A stretch of DNA of 63,993 bases, the filler included, from Fonticula-like sp. SCN 57-25 (Eukaryota), in assembly GCA_001724245.1 (NCBI GenBank). It is 7 parts of 7 records of this genome, joined end to end, with 100 filler letters (N's around TTAATTAATTAA, not from the genome) between each part and the next. Parts side by side here need not be neighbours in the genome. Positions count along the whole stretch, not along the records: positions 49,689 to 57,845 come from MEDX01000311.1; positions 57,946 to 63,993 come from MEDX01000488.1; 5 more parts are not named here. One strand, written 5' to 3'. The position numbers and the translations under genes are program-made. Below the pieces are notes generated by a model. It made no database searches and was not told where the DNA came from. It saw only the letters and a program-made list of their open reading frames with translations. The stretch's first letter is position 1, and each line of letters starts with the position of its first letter. This document shows positions 51,124 to 63,993 of this stretch, piece after piece.

Positions 51124-53619
51124 CTATACGAATATCTTACTCTTTATCCCGACCCACTCTGCCGCCTGGTTGACAAACTGCTGCAACAACAGCTTTGTTG
51201 GCAGCTTGACATCCGTGTCACGTGCCAGCTTGAGCAGCGGAAGTGACACTGCAAAGATGTCGAGGTCCGGGTCGAGCTGGCGGCCAAGTCCCTCGAGCAC
51301 AATGATGCCCATGACGAGCGAGGAGAACTGGCTGTCGAGGAGCACGTGATGTGTGCGAACAAGGTCCATGACACGTGATAGAATAGCGCCAATATTGACA
51401 CTCGACAACTAAAGAAGGGTTAGATATGGTGCAAAGTGAAGATGGATCACAAGAGGAGTAAACCAAAGACTATGACAATAATAACAGTGACTATTACTGA
51501 ATACTAGCTACTGATTACTGACCAATCACTGATTACCATGAATCACCACTAACCACCATAAAGTACCATAAAAGCACCCTATGGACCCTATCATCACCAC
51601 TGACCATTGACAACTAACTACCAATATCTGATATCTGATTCCCACTGATTCCCACTGATTCCCTTTCCTCTCTTCCCCTTTAACTTACCTTGAATGTTGA
51701 CTCTCTGACTCTGTTGACAATGTCCGTCATCTCCCTCTCAAACTCCTCGCCATTCAGCACCGTACTCGGGTCGTCACTCCTCTCAACCATCAACTTGGCG
51801 GCACGTGACCCATCGCCATCCGCCACGGCAGAGAACAAGTCAAGAAAGTTCTGTCGGTCACGTGATGATAGTGATACGACGATGCCTGCGTCGAGGATGC
51901 CGACGCGGAAGCGGGGGGCGAGGATGTCGGTGAGGGGGGTGGGGAGAATAAGCATGTTGCCGGGGTGAAGATCGCCGTGCTAAAGAGAGTTTGTAAAGGA
52001 AAAGAAGAGGAAAATATGAATGGAATTCATGATGATATTGAGATAGGAAGCAAAAAATTGTGTACTTTACCCATACAAACCCATACAATATCACATGTAT
52101 GATCATACACTATTACAACACGTAAAACATCATGCACTACTACTACACATAAAACCCAATGAAATACCACATATATGACCATAAAACCCTATGAATTCCC
52201 ATATATATAGCCAATTTCCCTTTCGTTTCCTCTTATCTTCGTACCACAAAGTTATCGACAAGGACCATCTTTAGGAAATTCATGACACCCGCCTTGCCAA
52301 TCGTGCGCCCCATAACAGTTGGCACGAGCCCAGCACTCTCCTTTTGGACAAAACTAGACACTGGAACGCCCTCAAGAAACGTCTCAACAAGTACGTCACG
52401 TGATACAAGTGGTCTCACGGGGCGCGGAAAGTCGACATTAGGCACATCGGCAAAGTTGACTGCAAACCTGGAAAATGAAATTCAAATTGCAATAGATTGC
52501 AATGCAGTTTGCGTTAGTATGTGGTTAAAATAGATGATGCAAACTGCAAACTGCGCACCTGTCGAGGTTGTCTGCTTCGATGCGGAGGTCGAGCTGGTCG
52601 CGCATGGTCTTGCTAAAGACGCTGACGGCGGTGGGGGCGCGCAGCCAGGGGAAGACCATGTGGAGCATGGAGGCGCCAAGGCGCATCACTTGGATATCAA
52701 GCTGAGGGAAAGAAGGGAAAGAGAAAGGAAGGAAGAAAGAGTTAGTAATGTAACATGTGATCACGTGGTGGTTTGAAATGGTTTAACTGATATAGAGCAT
52801 GTACTGCTCAGAGTGCATGTGACATGGAGTTCCCTGCGTCATAAGACAACACGAACCATATGAAAAGATATGATACACATATCATGTGACACAATACACT
52901 TGCCTTACTATCACATGACACAACACACAATGCCCTTTTGCCTCAGTTAACCCTCCGTTATCGCCCACGATCACCATCCACGATCACCACCCACGATCAC
53001 AGCCCATGGATCATCACCCACCCACTTTAACTTCCACTTGCGGCCCCTGACGTACGTTAATGGTGCTCTCGACGTTCGGATGAATGACCTTGACCGCCAC
53101 CGGCTCTTCCGTCCCCCTGAGCGTGGCGCGATGCACCTGCGCGATGCACCCTGATCCGATCGCGAACGTCTCGAACCGCTCAAAGATGTCCTCCATCCTG
53201 CACCCGAACGCCTGCTCGATCAGTCGCCGCGTGTGCGCCATCCCGTGCTGCGTCACGCCGGCGTGCAGGCCAGACAGAGATCGCACGCACTCGGGCGGGA
53301 AGATGTCGGGGCGCGTGCTCGCCCACTGCCCAAGCTTGACAAAGGTCGGGCCGGCGGATTCGAGCGTGCCGCGAACGATCCGCCAGTACGGGCCGGACGG
53401 ACACACGGGGAACAGCGCAACAAGGGGAAAGAAGAGGGCGAGCAGCGAGCAGCCGCGGAGAAGGACGCGCGCATGGCACAACGATACCGCCGGTAGAGGG
53501 GGGGATGTCGACGCAGATGCGGGAACAAGGCACGACCAATGGCGCCTTTTAGAGGAAGAAAGAGAGGGAATAGAAGGTGACTCTAAAAGAGGCGGCGAAG
53601 AAGGCGCAACGGACGACAT
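51124..53619 (-). CDS. ABC1/UbiB atypical kinase (ADCK2/Cqd1-like), multi-exon
   Basis: AGPTFVKLGQWASTRPDIFP, GSGCIAQVH, VAVKVIHP, QLDLRIEA, HGDLHPGN, LDAG, LEGLGRQLDP. Confidence 0.9.
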
Positions 53620-53783
53620 GGTGGAGCGAGATCAGGCTGTTAAAGCGCCGATGCTGCTCGTCATGCGCCGAGGGTGGTGATGCCGCAGCAGCAGAAACGT
53701 GTCCAGAATGTTCACGTCGGGTTCACGTGATGACGTATGATGACTCGTCATCCAGTCACGTGTGTATCTGGTCACGTGACAAG

Positions 53784-55620
53784 ATGGACGGGGATGCTGC
53801 GGCGTATCGCGAGGCGCAGCTGCTGTCTGTGACGGGGCTGTCGGGCGGCTCGGTCATCGAGATCCAGCACGTTGCCATGACGGCCATTGTACGCTACTTT
53901 GCATTTAGCTTAACTTGATTGACTGAATATGGTCCAGGTCTCGCACATTGCCGTGCGTTGCGCGGGGCTGCTCATTGGGGATGCCGCACCCATTGTGCGC
54001 GTCGCCGTCGAGTACGTCCTCATCGTGGTGCCGATCCTCATTGCGTTTACGTTCACCGAGTGGACTGCGGCACTGCAGGTGGTTCTGCTGGGCGCGTCGC
54101 TCGCCATGTTTATGATCGCGCGGCCCGCCGTGACAGTGTTCAGCCAGCCGGCCAAGGGCCAGACGACCACCGCTTGGCACCGCCAGACGCTCATCACGCT
54201 AAACTCTAACAGGAAGCGTACGCAGCAGCAATAATTATGTGATATTTTAGCGTTTATGTGTTGTATTGGTATGATGTGGTGTATTTGTCGCGCGTGATCA
54301 GACAGATCATGATGGAATTTGCTGTCATTTCTTTCATTTCCCTCCATTTCCCCCCTTCCCCTTCTCACTCCCTTCCTCCTTTTCAGCCTTCCTGACGGCT
54401 TACCGCTCCCTGATGATGCTCTCCACGTGCGCGGCCATTCTCGCCGTCGACTTTTCCATCTTTCCCCGCCGCTTCGCCAAGACCGAGACCTTTGGCACCT
54501 CCCTCATGGACGCCGGCGTCGGCTCCTTTGTCCTCTCCAACAGCCTCACCCTCGCCCCTCTCCTCCTGCAAACTGAATCACGTGACAAACCACGTGACGC
54601 GTCACGTGCTCGTCGTGCTGTTTCTTTGCTGCTGCCGACGGTGCCGCTCGTGCTTCTTGGCCTCGGCCGCCTTGTCAGCGTGACCCTGTCTGACTACCAG
54701 CACCACGAGGGCGAGTATGGCGTTCATTGGAACTTTTTCTTTACTTTGGCGGCGATGCCGGCGGTGGCGGCGGCGGTCGTGGCGGGCGGGGGCAAGAAGG
54801 TGGCCATGGTGGCGGCGGGTGTCGCATTAGGTGCATTGGTGGAAAAGAATGATGGGGTAATATGGGAGTTGTATTGGTAATGGTAGTGGTAAAGTGTATT
54901 GGAAATGGTAATGGTACTGATAATGGTAATGATATTGTAATTATGTAATACTGTTATGTCTGCTATCTGATATATGATATATGATATATGATGTTTGATA
55001 TTTGCCTGATACTAATTATACTCTTTCCAATAGTGTACCAGCTTGTTCTTTCGTATGCCGGCCTTGGCGACTATCTTTTGTTTGTCCCCCGCGACCCATC
55101 TTCCCTCTTTTCCCTTAATAAGGAAGGCATCGTAAGTGTCATTGGCTTTGCCTGCATCTACATGTTTGGCGCGCGCGTCGGCGCCGCCCTCCTCGGCCAG
55201 CGGCGCACCTTTGGCCAATGGCGTCGCCTCGCGGGCAATCTCGGCATTGTTAGCGCGGCATGCTGGGCCACGTGGTTTGTGGTGACAGTTGTGATTGGCT
55301 GGGACACGTCGCGGCGGTTGGCCAACCTGCCGTACGTGCTCTTTGTGATTGGCTACAATCTGCCAATCATTGCTGGGCTGCTGGCGGTCGATCTGGCCGT
55401 TGGGTTCCCGCCGCAGCCAATCCTATATGATACTATTAATAGGAACCAATTGGTGCTGTTCCTGCTGGCCAATGTGATGACGGGGGCGGTCAATATGAGC
55501 ATGCGCACGCTGTGGGCGGGGGGGGCGGTTGGCTTTGCTGTCCTATGTACGTACATGGGGGTCCTATGTGCGGTGGCGTACGCACTGCACGCGAGGAATA
55601 TTACACTAAAGTTTTGGTGA
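53784..55620 (+). CDS. GWT1: GPI inositol acyltransferase GWT1/PIG-W
   Basis: AILAVDFSIFPRRFAKTETFGTSLMDAGVG, EYGVHWNFFFTL, NKEGI, SRRLANLPY. Confidence 0.95.
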
Positions 55621-55913
55621 TGACGTGTGCTGATGACGTGTACCAAGTGGACAATATAATACTAATGATCTTTTTTGCTGTACGGAAATATGCCATATGG
55701 TGACAGTCATAGATGTGACCACAGTATGGTCGAACACACACTTGCAATACTATGAGAATGAGCAGAAAACTGTAAGCATACTGTGCCATATACCCATACT
55801 ACCCATATAACCCATACTATCCATATAACCCCATAAAACCCAATGATAAATGTCTTAAGAATGTATTAAAAGGCGATTATGATAGCAACAAGATACGACT
55901 CTGCCCCCAACTC

Positions 55914-57461
55914 TTACTCCTCGTCGTCCCCAAAGAACTCGAACGGCTCCGGCATGGGCGCCTCCTTCTCAGCCGCGACGGGGGCGGCGGCGGGCGGCTG
56001 AAGTGCGCGGATCGGGATGAGCGACTCGGGCTTGTCGGGCGTCGTGTCACGGACAACAACAATGCCGGAAAGCTCAGTCTGTGAAAGGGGAAAGGGAAGG
56101 GTTAGTGGGATTGCATCAAGTGATTACGTCAGCAAAGATGACACTTGGTACATGAGATATCATGGTCACACATACACGATACTGTGATACATGATACCAT
56201 GATACACCATGATATTCCATGATAATACTAAAATAAACCATGATATACCATGATACACATAAACATACTCATACTCATATTCATACACATACTCATATTC
56301 ATATTCATATTCATACTCATACACATACACATACACATACACACACTCAAACGCATACTACAACATACAAATACTACCCATTCCCTCTTTCCTTTCGCTC
56401 TTTCCCTTCCCTCTTTCCCTTCTCTCTTTCCCTTCACTCTTCAAACATACCTTCAAGATGGGCGCGTATCTGGACCCAGCCGCCAGCGCAATATACTTTT
56501 GCTGCTGCGGAATGACACGTGCCGGGTTCTCCAGCATCTCGCTCTGCGGCTCCTTTTCCTTTTTCTTTCCCTCTGCCACGCCATCAGTCTGTGGCTTGTC
56601 GCTCTTTTCCTTTTCCTTTTCAGTCTTGTCCTTATCTGCCTTTTCAGCACTTTCGTCGACTTCCATGGCGTTGACGTCGGCGAGGCTTGTGCTGCTGAGG
56701 CTGCCAGAGGCGCCCAGGCTGCCGCGGCGCTTGCCTTCCTTGGCCTTGATGGCGCGCTGCTTGGCCTTGGCGGTCGTGGAAAGAACAGCAGTGGCGACCT
56801 TGTAGAAAAAGGAAAGAGGATGTCAGTAAACAGGCATCAAAGTAGTGTATCAGGTATCATATCATATTATATAATGTTCCATCAAGTATGTCAACACGAT
56901 ACAGAGACAAAGTAAGATATTGTGCACATATACATACCACTATACCATACTATACTATTCATACACACACATACACATACACATACACAGACATACACAT
57001 ACATTAACATACTTTACGATACACACCATATCCCACTTCCCCTTCTTCCCACTCCCCCCTTCAACCCTTCACGTACCTTTTCGATCTTTTCGCTTGTTGG
57101 TGGCGGCGTCATTGGCGGGTACGCAAACGCTGACGGCCTCACCCTGCTGACAAACTCTGTGATGGGCACCTGCAGGTCCTGGTTGACAAGGATGGTGGCC
57201 GTGGGCACAAAGGCGAGCGACAGCATGTTGAGCAGCGGGTACCAGTACCAGTACTGCGTAAAGCACACAAGGCCGACAATGACGGAGAGGCGCGCATTGC
57301 CAGAGGGAGTCGTCAGGCGAATAGTCACATTACGGCCGCCTGTAACGAAGGAAAGTATGAGAAAAGTAAACATAAGAGAGAGAGAAAGAGACAGGGTATA
57401 TGGTCACATCATGATCACATACACATACATGATAAAAACATACTATAACAACACTCATCAT

Positions 57462-57492
<31 letters not shown>

Positions 57493-57789
57493 CTCATGTC
57501 CATATTCATGAATGCTCATGAGTGTTCATGATGTTCATGTTCACTCTTTATTTTCTTCTCTTTCCGTACCTGCATCGATGATTGCCTGCCCGATGATTGC
57601 ACCAAACTTTGCCATTGTGTCCTCGTGCTTGTCGGCGATGACGCGCTCGTACATCTTGCGCACCTTTGCTGACCGCGGCGACATGGCCTCGTTGTGCTGG
57701 ATGAGCACCATGCCCATCGCAATGAGGGCGCCTTGGCGGACAAAGTCAACGGGGTCGCTCGAAAGGGGCTCAAGGAGATCAAGGGCGTC
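55914..57789 (-). CDS. RPN2: 26S proteasome regulatory subunit RPN2/PSMD1, C-terminal part
   Basis: DPVDFVRQGA, AKFGA, DA|GGRNVTI, FTQYWYWYPL, LENPARV, PEPFEF. Confidence 0.95.
56240..56350. repeat. Intronic CATA/CACATA microsatellite-like tract (similar at 56960-57005 and 57460-57495)
   Basis: Runs of catact/catatt/cacata. Confidence 0.8.
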
Positions 57790-57945
57790 CTGGAAAGAAG
57801 GGAAAAGACGGGTTAGTAGGGGGTAAAGTAGGGAAGAAGGAAGGANNNNNNNNNNNNNNNNNNNNNNNNNNNNNNNNNNNNNNNNNNNNTTAATTAATTA
57901 ANNNNNNNNNNNNNNNNNNNNNNNNNNNNNNNNNNNNNNNNNNNN

Positions 57946-60900
57946 GTACGGCGAGGCCGACAGGCTTGTGCGCGTGTGGTACCACGCCGAGAAAGAGTTT
58001 CTCGCGGCGTCGGGCCAAAAGATGCCGCTCCAGTTTGAGTACCTTCAGCATCCGCGGGCGGTGACCAGCATCGAGTGGCGCAAGACGCCAAACTCAAAGA
58101 GGGCGTTCAACAAACACATTCTACTGACGACATGCGCCGACGGTATTGCGCGGCTGTGGTCCGAAACGGGCTTTAGCGAGACGCTCCGGTTCTTTATGTG
58201 CGCCATCATCGACCCATCATCGGTGCGCAGTCGGGAAAGGAGGAAAGGGAATTTTAAAGGGAACTGGCAAAGTTTTTTTTTTGCTTTTTGATAATTATTC
58301 TTGGCATTTTACCCCACTTTTACCCTTTTTTGATGCACTACTAACATAACATAGATCGGCACTTTCCAGATGCGCCTGGACTGCGGCCCCCTTTCATGGA
58401 TCGACGCCGAGGAGCTCAAGTACGCGCTCGACGTGAACGGCCTCGCAGAGGGGGAGGCGCAGCACGCCGAGGCCCCCAAGCAGCACCACCACGGGCAGCA
58501 CCGCCAGGCGGGCGTCGAAGCTCACGCCTTCATGCCGGCCTCGAGCATCGTCCCGACCAATTATGAGGTGCAGCCGCACAACAACCTTGTCGCGAACGCG
58601 TCGCACCACTTTCAGTCGCGTCTTCCGGGCATCCTCAATGACACGCCCGACCTTCTCATGCAGATTGCCAATGACGGCTCGCTCATCGTGTGGGGCGTGC
58701 AGTACCTCAGCGAGGAGCCGAGGAGGACGCCGCGCGTTGTGCTCGTTATGAGGAACCCGCAGGCGGTGTCGCCGTATGACTCGAGGGACCTCTGGGGCGA
58801 GCTGGTCGTCTTTACTTCAAGGCGCACAGAGCGTACGCCAGACATGAGGGAATTTGTGTTAGTGGCACTTTTCCTTTTTTATGTGCTTTTTGTGATACAT
58901 TGAATGTTTGGCTCTTTTTGTGTCGTATTTCTACCCTTTCTTTTTCGTTGTACTCACGCATTGATTTAGCCGGAGGCGCTCTCGTGCCGCCCGAGCTGAC
59001 CGTCGTCTGCCAGAACAGGAGCGGCACGCTGCACATGTTTGGCCTCTCGCTCCAAGAAACATTCTCGTCCGTGCGCGACTCTTCAAAGCTCAGCACGCGC
59101 GCAGTCATCAGCGGCCATCGGTGCGCATTGCATTTTCATTTTCTTGCCACTGACACTGTTTCAGCGCACCGGTCACATGTACCGCCGTCCACCCGACGCA
59201 GCCCGTATTTGCGACAACGACACGTGTCCCGCACGAGATCATCTTTTGGCGGCCGCGTTCCAAGCGCGTACGTTTATTTGCCGATACATTTTTTTTGTTT
59301 CTGACACCGCTCTCTAATTGGCAGAGCTTCCGCTTTATCGGCCCCGTTGTCATGGAGACGCTTTTGCTGCGCTCGTGCGGGGATACCGCCGTGGACCGCA
59401 TGTGCTGGATCTCGACGGACGACGACGGTGCGCCTCTATTGTATGCCTTTTCATTCGCTGACGCGTTGCTTGATAGAGTCCCGTATGCTGCTTGCGACGC
59501 TCGATGAAGAGGAGCTTGTGCTGCACCGTTTCGACGTTGCAGAGCGTGAGCTTGACCGCGTCGCCGAGCTCGAGCGCACCTTTGACAGCTTTGTTCAGCT
59601 CATGTCGTACACTGAGACTCGCGGGTCGGCCCCTGCCACGTTCCTCCTTGGCGTGACGTCGTCCGGAGTGACGCTGTGGCACATTGACACACAGGCCGTC
59701 TGCTCGGGGACGGACGAGTCGTCGGCGCCGCACATTTCGCGCTTTGGTTCGATCTCCTTTGAGCTTGCTGGTGGCGCGCGTGTGCTGCTCGCGGGCCCGC
59801 TTGACGTGCACCCGGAGCACCGCGGCTCGCACCGCCCGCTCGCGCTGTACACCGTGACGGACGACGGCATGCTGAGCATCTGGCGCTTCGAGTCGCCGCT
59901 GGACCCGGCTGCGCCGGCGCGCGGCCTCAAGGGAACCCTCTCGAACGGGCTAGTGCGCCTTGCATCTACGCGCGTGTACGACCCTGCTGCTGCCGCCGCC
60001 ACCGCCTCGGATGCACAGACTTCTGACGGTCCGTTGCCGCCGCTGAGCGTCTCTGCGGCTTCGTTTGGCCGTCTTGCCGTGGCCAACGCGCTGACCGGCT
60101 CGCTGACCGTGTTTGAGTACATGAGCGCGGGCGGGTCGTCGCTTAACCCCGAGGGCGTCATTGACGTGCGCAAGCTGTTTGACGCGAGCGGCGATGCGCC
60201 GACGATGTCTTCGTCTGCGTCGACGCTGTCGCTGTCGTCAAAGTCGACGGATGCGTTGGCGACGTCCGGCCGCCCGCGCGCGTCGACGTTCCTTCCCGCG
60301 GGTGTCGGCGCGGGCAACAGCCTTGCGTGGCGGCCCGAGACGCTGTCGATGGCGTGGTACGAGACGGTGGACGCGCGCAGCACACTCGCCGTCACCGTCG
60401 GGACACGCTGCGCCATTGTCGCGCCCGCCGAGGGCCGCTGGCGCGTGCTCGCGCGCCTCGTACCGCCGCTCACCGGCGGGCCGTTCTCGTCGAGCTTCTT
60501 TTCGGGCGGCGACGGAACGCTCGTTCTCACGGGTGGATGCGTCACGACGGTGTCAAAGTGGGACTGGAGGCCGGTCGGAGCGGACCCGGCGGCGCCAAAG
60601 ACGCTGCCGGACCTCGCTTCGCACGCGCAGGTGCCGCTGCGCGACTATAGCCCAGAGTTCCTCAGCGAGCTGCTCCTGCTCGGCAAGTTTGAGCTCGTGA
60701 GCGACATTTTCAAGCGCGTGCACGCGTGGGCGCAGGCCGCGTCGTCCTCGTCGTCGGCCGATGCTTCGCAGGCGACGCTGCAGCCGCTCCCTCTTGATGA
60801 GATTATCGCGGCCCTTAAGAATGCGGGCGACAATGCCGTGCCGGCCAATGCAGCGGCGGCGGCGACCGCTGCGGCGCAAGAGTCGTACAATGAGCTGTTT

Positions 60901-63900
60901 GCGACCAACGACAGTGCGGCCTTTGGGGGCGAGTCGAGCGAGACGGCATACCTAGGAGAGCTGCCTGAGTTGCTCCAGACGGTGTCGGTGCCTGGGCTCA
61001 GCAAGCAGGCGCAGATGGCGCTTCTCGGCATCATTGATACAGTCAGCCAGGTGGAGAAGCAGCGTCGCGGTACGAATTTTGCTTTTGTAGTCGTTTGTTG
61101 TCTTGTGATTGTTTCGTTGTAGGTTGGTTTTTGTGCTTGTTCACTACCTTCATGTTCCTTTATCTTTGTGCCCTTTCGCTCGCGTTGCTGACGTCCCTCT
61201 TAGCTCTTGATGCCAATGGCGTTCGCTTCCTGCTGGCCGTCCGTGCTTTCCAATTTGAGCGTCGCTCGATGGGCGCCCGCGCGAGTCTGACCGCGCGCCT
61301 CTCCTTCCGCGACGTCTGTTGGGCGATGCAGTCGCACTCGCAGGACATTCTCCTCGACGCGTCCCTCGGCAGCGACACCTCATCGCTCACGTGGCAGCAG
61401 TTCTCGGCCGTCGGCGCACCCTTTTGGATTACCAACCAGGAGACGCTCAAAAAGTACGCCGAAATCATCGCAAAGAACCTCTACACGGCCAAGGAGGACC
61501 GCGACCCGTTTGGCTGCACGCTCCTCTACCTTGCTCTTCGCAAGAAAAAGGCACGAAAACCGCGCATTTACCGCTTTCTGCCTAACTAACCGCCTAATTT
61601 CTACAGATGTTGGTTGGTCTGTGGCGCCTTGCGACGACGCATCCCGAGCAGGCCAAGATGGTCGGCTTTTTGAGCAACGACTTTGAGATCCCGCGCTGGC
61701 GCGAGGCGGCGCTCAAGAACGCGTACGCGCTCCTGTCAAAGCAGCGCTACGAGCAGGCCGCCGCCTTCTTTATTCTCGGCGAGTCGCCGCGCAATGCCGT
61801 TCAGGTTCTGCGCAAAAACATGCGCGACATTCCTCTTGCGCTTCTTGTTGCGCGCATCTTTGAAGGCGACAGTGGCCCGAGCGTGCAGGAGCTCCTTCTT
61901 GAGCACGTTGTCCCGCAGGCGATTGTCAGCGGCGACCGCTGGGAGGCGTCCGCTGCCTACTGGCTCGCCGGCAAGCGCGATAAGGCGCTGCTCAGTATTG
62001 TCGTGCGCGACGCCGAGTCGCTCGTGACGGACGCGCATCTCGAGAGCGCGCGCGAGGCCGACGTGTTTATCGGCGAGGGCGGCAAGGCGCAGGCGGCGAC
62101 GCGCTCCTTCACGCGCAGGCCGTTTGACTCTGCAATGCTGCTCTACTATCGCCACCTCGTGTCACTGCCGTCCGCCGCCATCGACCGCGCGGCAAAGGCC
62201 GACACGCGCGAGGATGATGCGCGCGCGCTCTGCATCCGCTGCGCTGTCAGCTACGACCAGATGGGCGCGCCGGTGCTCGCACTTTACCATCTCAACATGG
62301 CCGACGACGGCGCCCATGCCGAAGTCGAGGAAGCGGATGCTGCTGCACCTGCGGCGGCGCCCGCGCAGGCGAGCAACGCCGACAGCGACAGCGACGACGA
62401 CATGCCGCTCGTCACGTCCATGCGCGCGCTCATGGGCGGCCCGCCGCGCTCGTCCGCCGCGCCCGCCGCAAAGTCCATGATCGACACTGGCACATTCAAC
62501 TTTGACGACTGGGGCGCTGCGCCGACGGCTGCCAAGCCCGCCGCGGCTGTTTCGTCCATTTTTGACGCGTCGTCGGGCGACTCTAAGCAGAGCTCGGCCG
62601 CCGACGCCGCCAAAGACCGCACCAAGGCGGCGGCTGCCAAGGCCGGCGCCGAGTGCGCTCGCGAAATGGTCCCTCTGCTTCGCCTTCAGTTTGCGTCGCA
62701 CTTGCTGCTGCCCATCTCGTCGCTGATTTGCCGCTACCAACACACCGGCGAGGCCTACAAGGAGCTCACTTATGTAACCGAGACGCTTGTCCCCTCTGTT
62801 GACAGCGCCGACATGCGCGCGAGCCTGGAGCGGTACTGCGAGCAGTCCGAGGACACGCACGCGTACTGCACGCTCGTCCGCGAGTCTGACACGATGACGC
62901 AGGAGGACATTCAGCAGCGCCTTATGAACTTTTTGTCGCAGCGCTGCAATCAGATGACTGCCTTTGGCTTCCGTGCCGTGTACGACGCGTCGGACCGGCT
63001 GTACGCGCGCCGCCTGCTGCTCAACCTGCTTGCCGCGTGCTACGACCACCGCGAGCAGATCCTCGGCCACGTGCAGGCGCAGCCAGAGAGCGAGTGGGCC
63101 TTCCTCGAGATGATCCAATCGCTCGTCGTCGGCCGCGTGCTCGCCGCGCTCGTGCTCCGCGAGCGGCCGGCGCTCGTCGCGTGGCTCAAGGGAAGCAAGA
63201 CGGCGCTCATGTTCCACCCAAAGCAGGGCAGGAAAGAGGCGCTCACGGTGCTGCGGAACCTCTCGGCAGACGAGAAAATCGAGCAGGAAGAGTTCCCAGA
63301 GGGGTCGGACGACGAAGAAGACTACAGCGACGACGAGGAGGGAACCAGGGAGAGCCGCGCTCAGGGTACGATAAGTAAGTTATGTATGTTTTGTTGCTGA
63401 ATGTGATGTGCGCAGCCAAGAAAAAGAGCGAGGCGGTCGCGTGGGCGTTCATTTCGCTCGCTGCGCTTCGGTACTTGTTTGTGCGCCTCGAGGCGTCGCT
63501 CGCAGAGATGGAAAAGCGCGTCGAGATTGGAAGTAACCTCAGCATCACGGACGGCATTATTTACTCGATTGCGAGGTTTATTGCGCGGCAGGAAAGGATT
63601 GTCCAGTCGCACGTCGACGAGGCAAAGCAGCCTTTTGATGGTACGCAAAGAAGTAAAGAGGAGGAAAAGAAGCAGAAAATATGATTTTTTGTGGCATTTG
63701 CTGGTTTTTTGGTGCATTTTTTTGGTGAATTTCATTCATTTTCATACTTTCTATCTCTCTTTTACTTACCCAAATATCACCCATTTTTCAGTGTCAAAGG
63801 TCTTCAAGCACTCTTCGTCGCTCAACTCACTCTGGCGCGTCCTCCGCGACCTGTACGAAACCGAAAACATTTTCGACCGCTTTGTCCGCCAGCAGCAGGT

Positions 63901-63993
63901 CCGCCCGCCCGAGCCCGAGACGACGTCGACCGTGTGCCGCTCCAACGTGCTCGTGCAGGCGTTCTGCATCAACAAGACAGAGCCAGACTATAT
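57946..63993 (+). CDS. RAVE subunit RAV1 / rabconnectin-3alpha (DMXL)-like protein, internal fragment
   Basis: YLQHPRAVTSIEWR, LLTTCADGIARLW, LDANGVRFLL, WAMQSHSQD, FLSNDFEIPRWREAALKNAYALLSKQRYEQAAAFF. Confidence 0.9.

Noticed and set aside
56228-56515. His/Thr-, His/Ile- and Met/Cys-rich ORFs as metal-binding peptides
   Set aside because: Translations of an intronic CATA microsatellite in RPN2

Overview
This window is not one locus. It is seven unrelated eukaryotic contigs (1-8319, 8420-16715, 16816-25051, 25152-41323, 41424-49588, 49689-57845, 57946-63993) joined by artificial 100-nt spacers (N-run + TTAATTAATTAA + N-run). Most contigs look like one gene-dense, GC-rich, intron-rich microbial opisthokont (short ~50-nt introns, GTACG/GTGCG donors, CTRAC branch points) with a mix of fungal-type and animal-type genes. 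Contig 3 differs in composition and may come from another organism. Recognisable genes: TAPT1, a PX-FERM sorting nexin, RPL10a, RPL5, RPL14, HUS1, SWEET, SPRYD7, Mdv1-like WD40, DPM2, RPL15, a lipase, TMEM43, ACSL, CDK7, SDHAF1, DHODH, homoserine dehydrogenase, a mitochondrial carrier, SYF1, a GT61-like protein, TRM44, an ABC1 kinase, GWT1, RPN2 and a RAV1/DMXL protein. Best leads: (1) a spliced EMRE-like mitochondrial calcium uniporter regulator with a C-terminal extension, not visible in the ORF track; (2) a shared GGATG...CATCC nested inverted-repeat layout in the long first introns of all four ribosomal-protein genes, with a purine/pyrimidine analogue in other long introns; (3) an intronic U80/snR60-type C/D snoRNA; (4) a G-free, repeat-rich candidate terminus of an integrated virus-like element; (5) two receptor pseudokinases with unusual ectodomains. 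All calls come from reading the sequence and recalling motifs; no searches were run.
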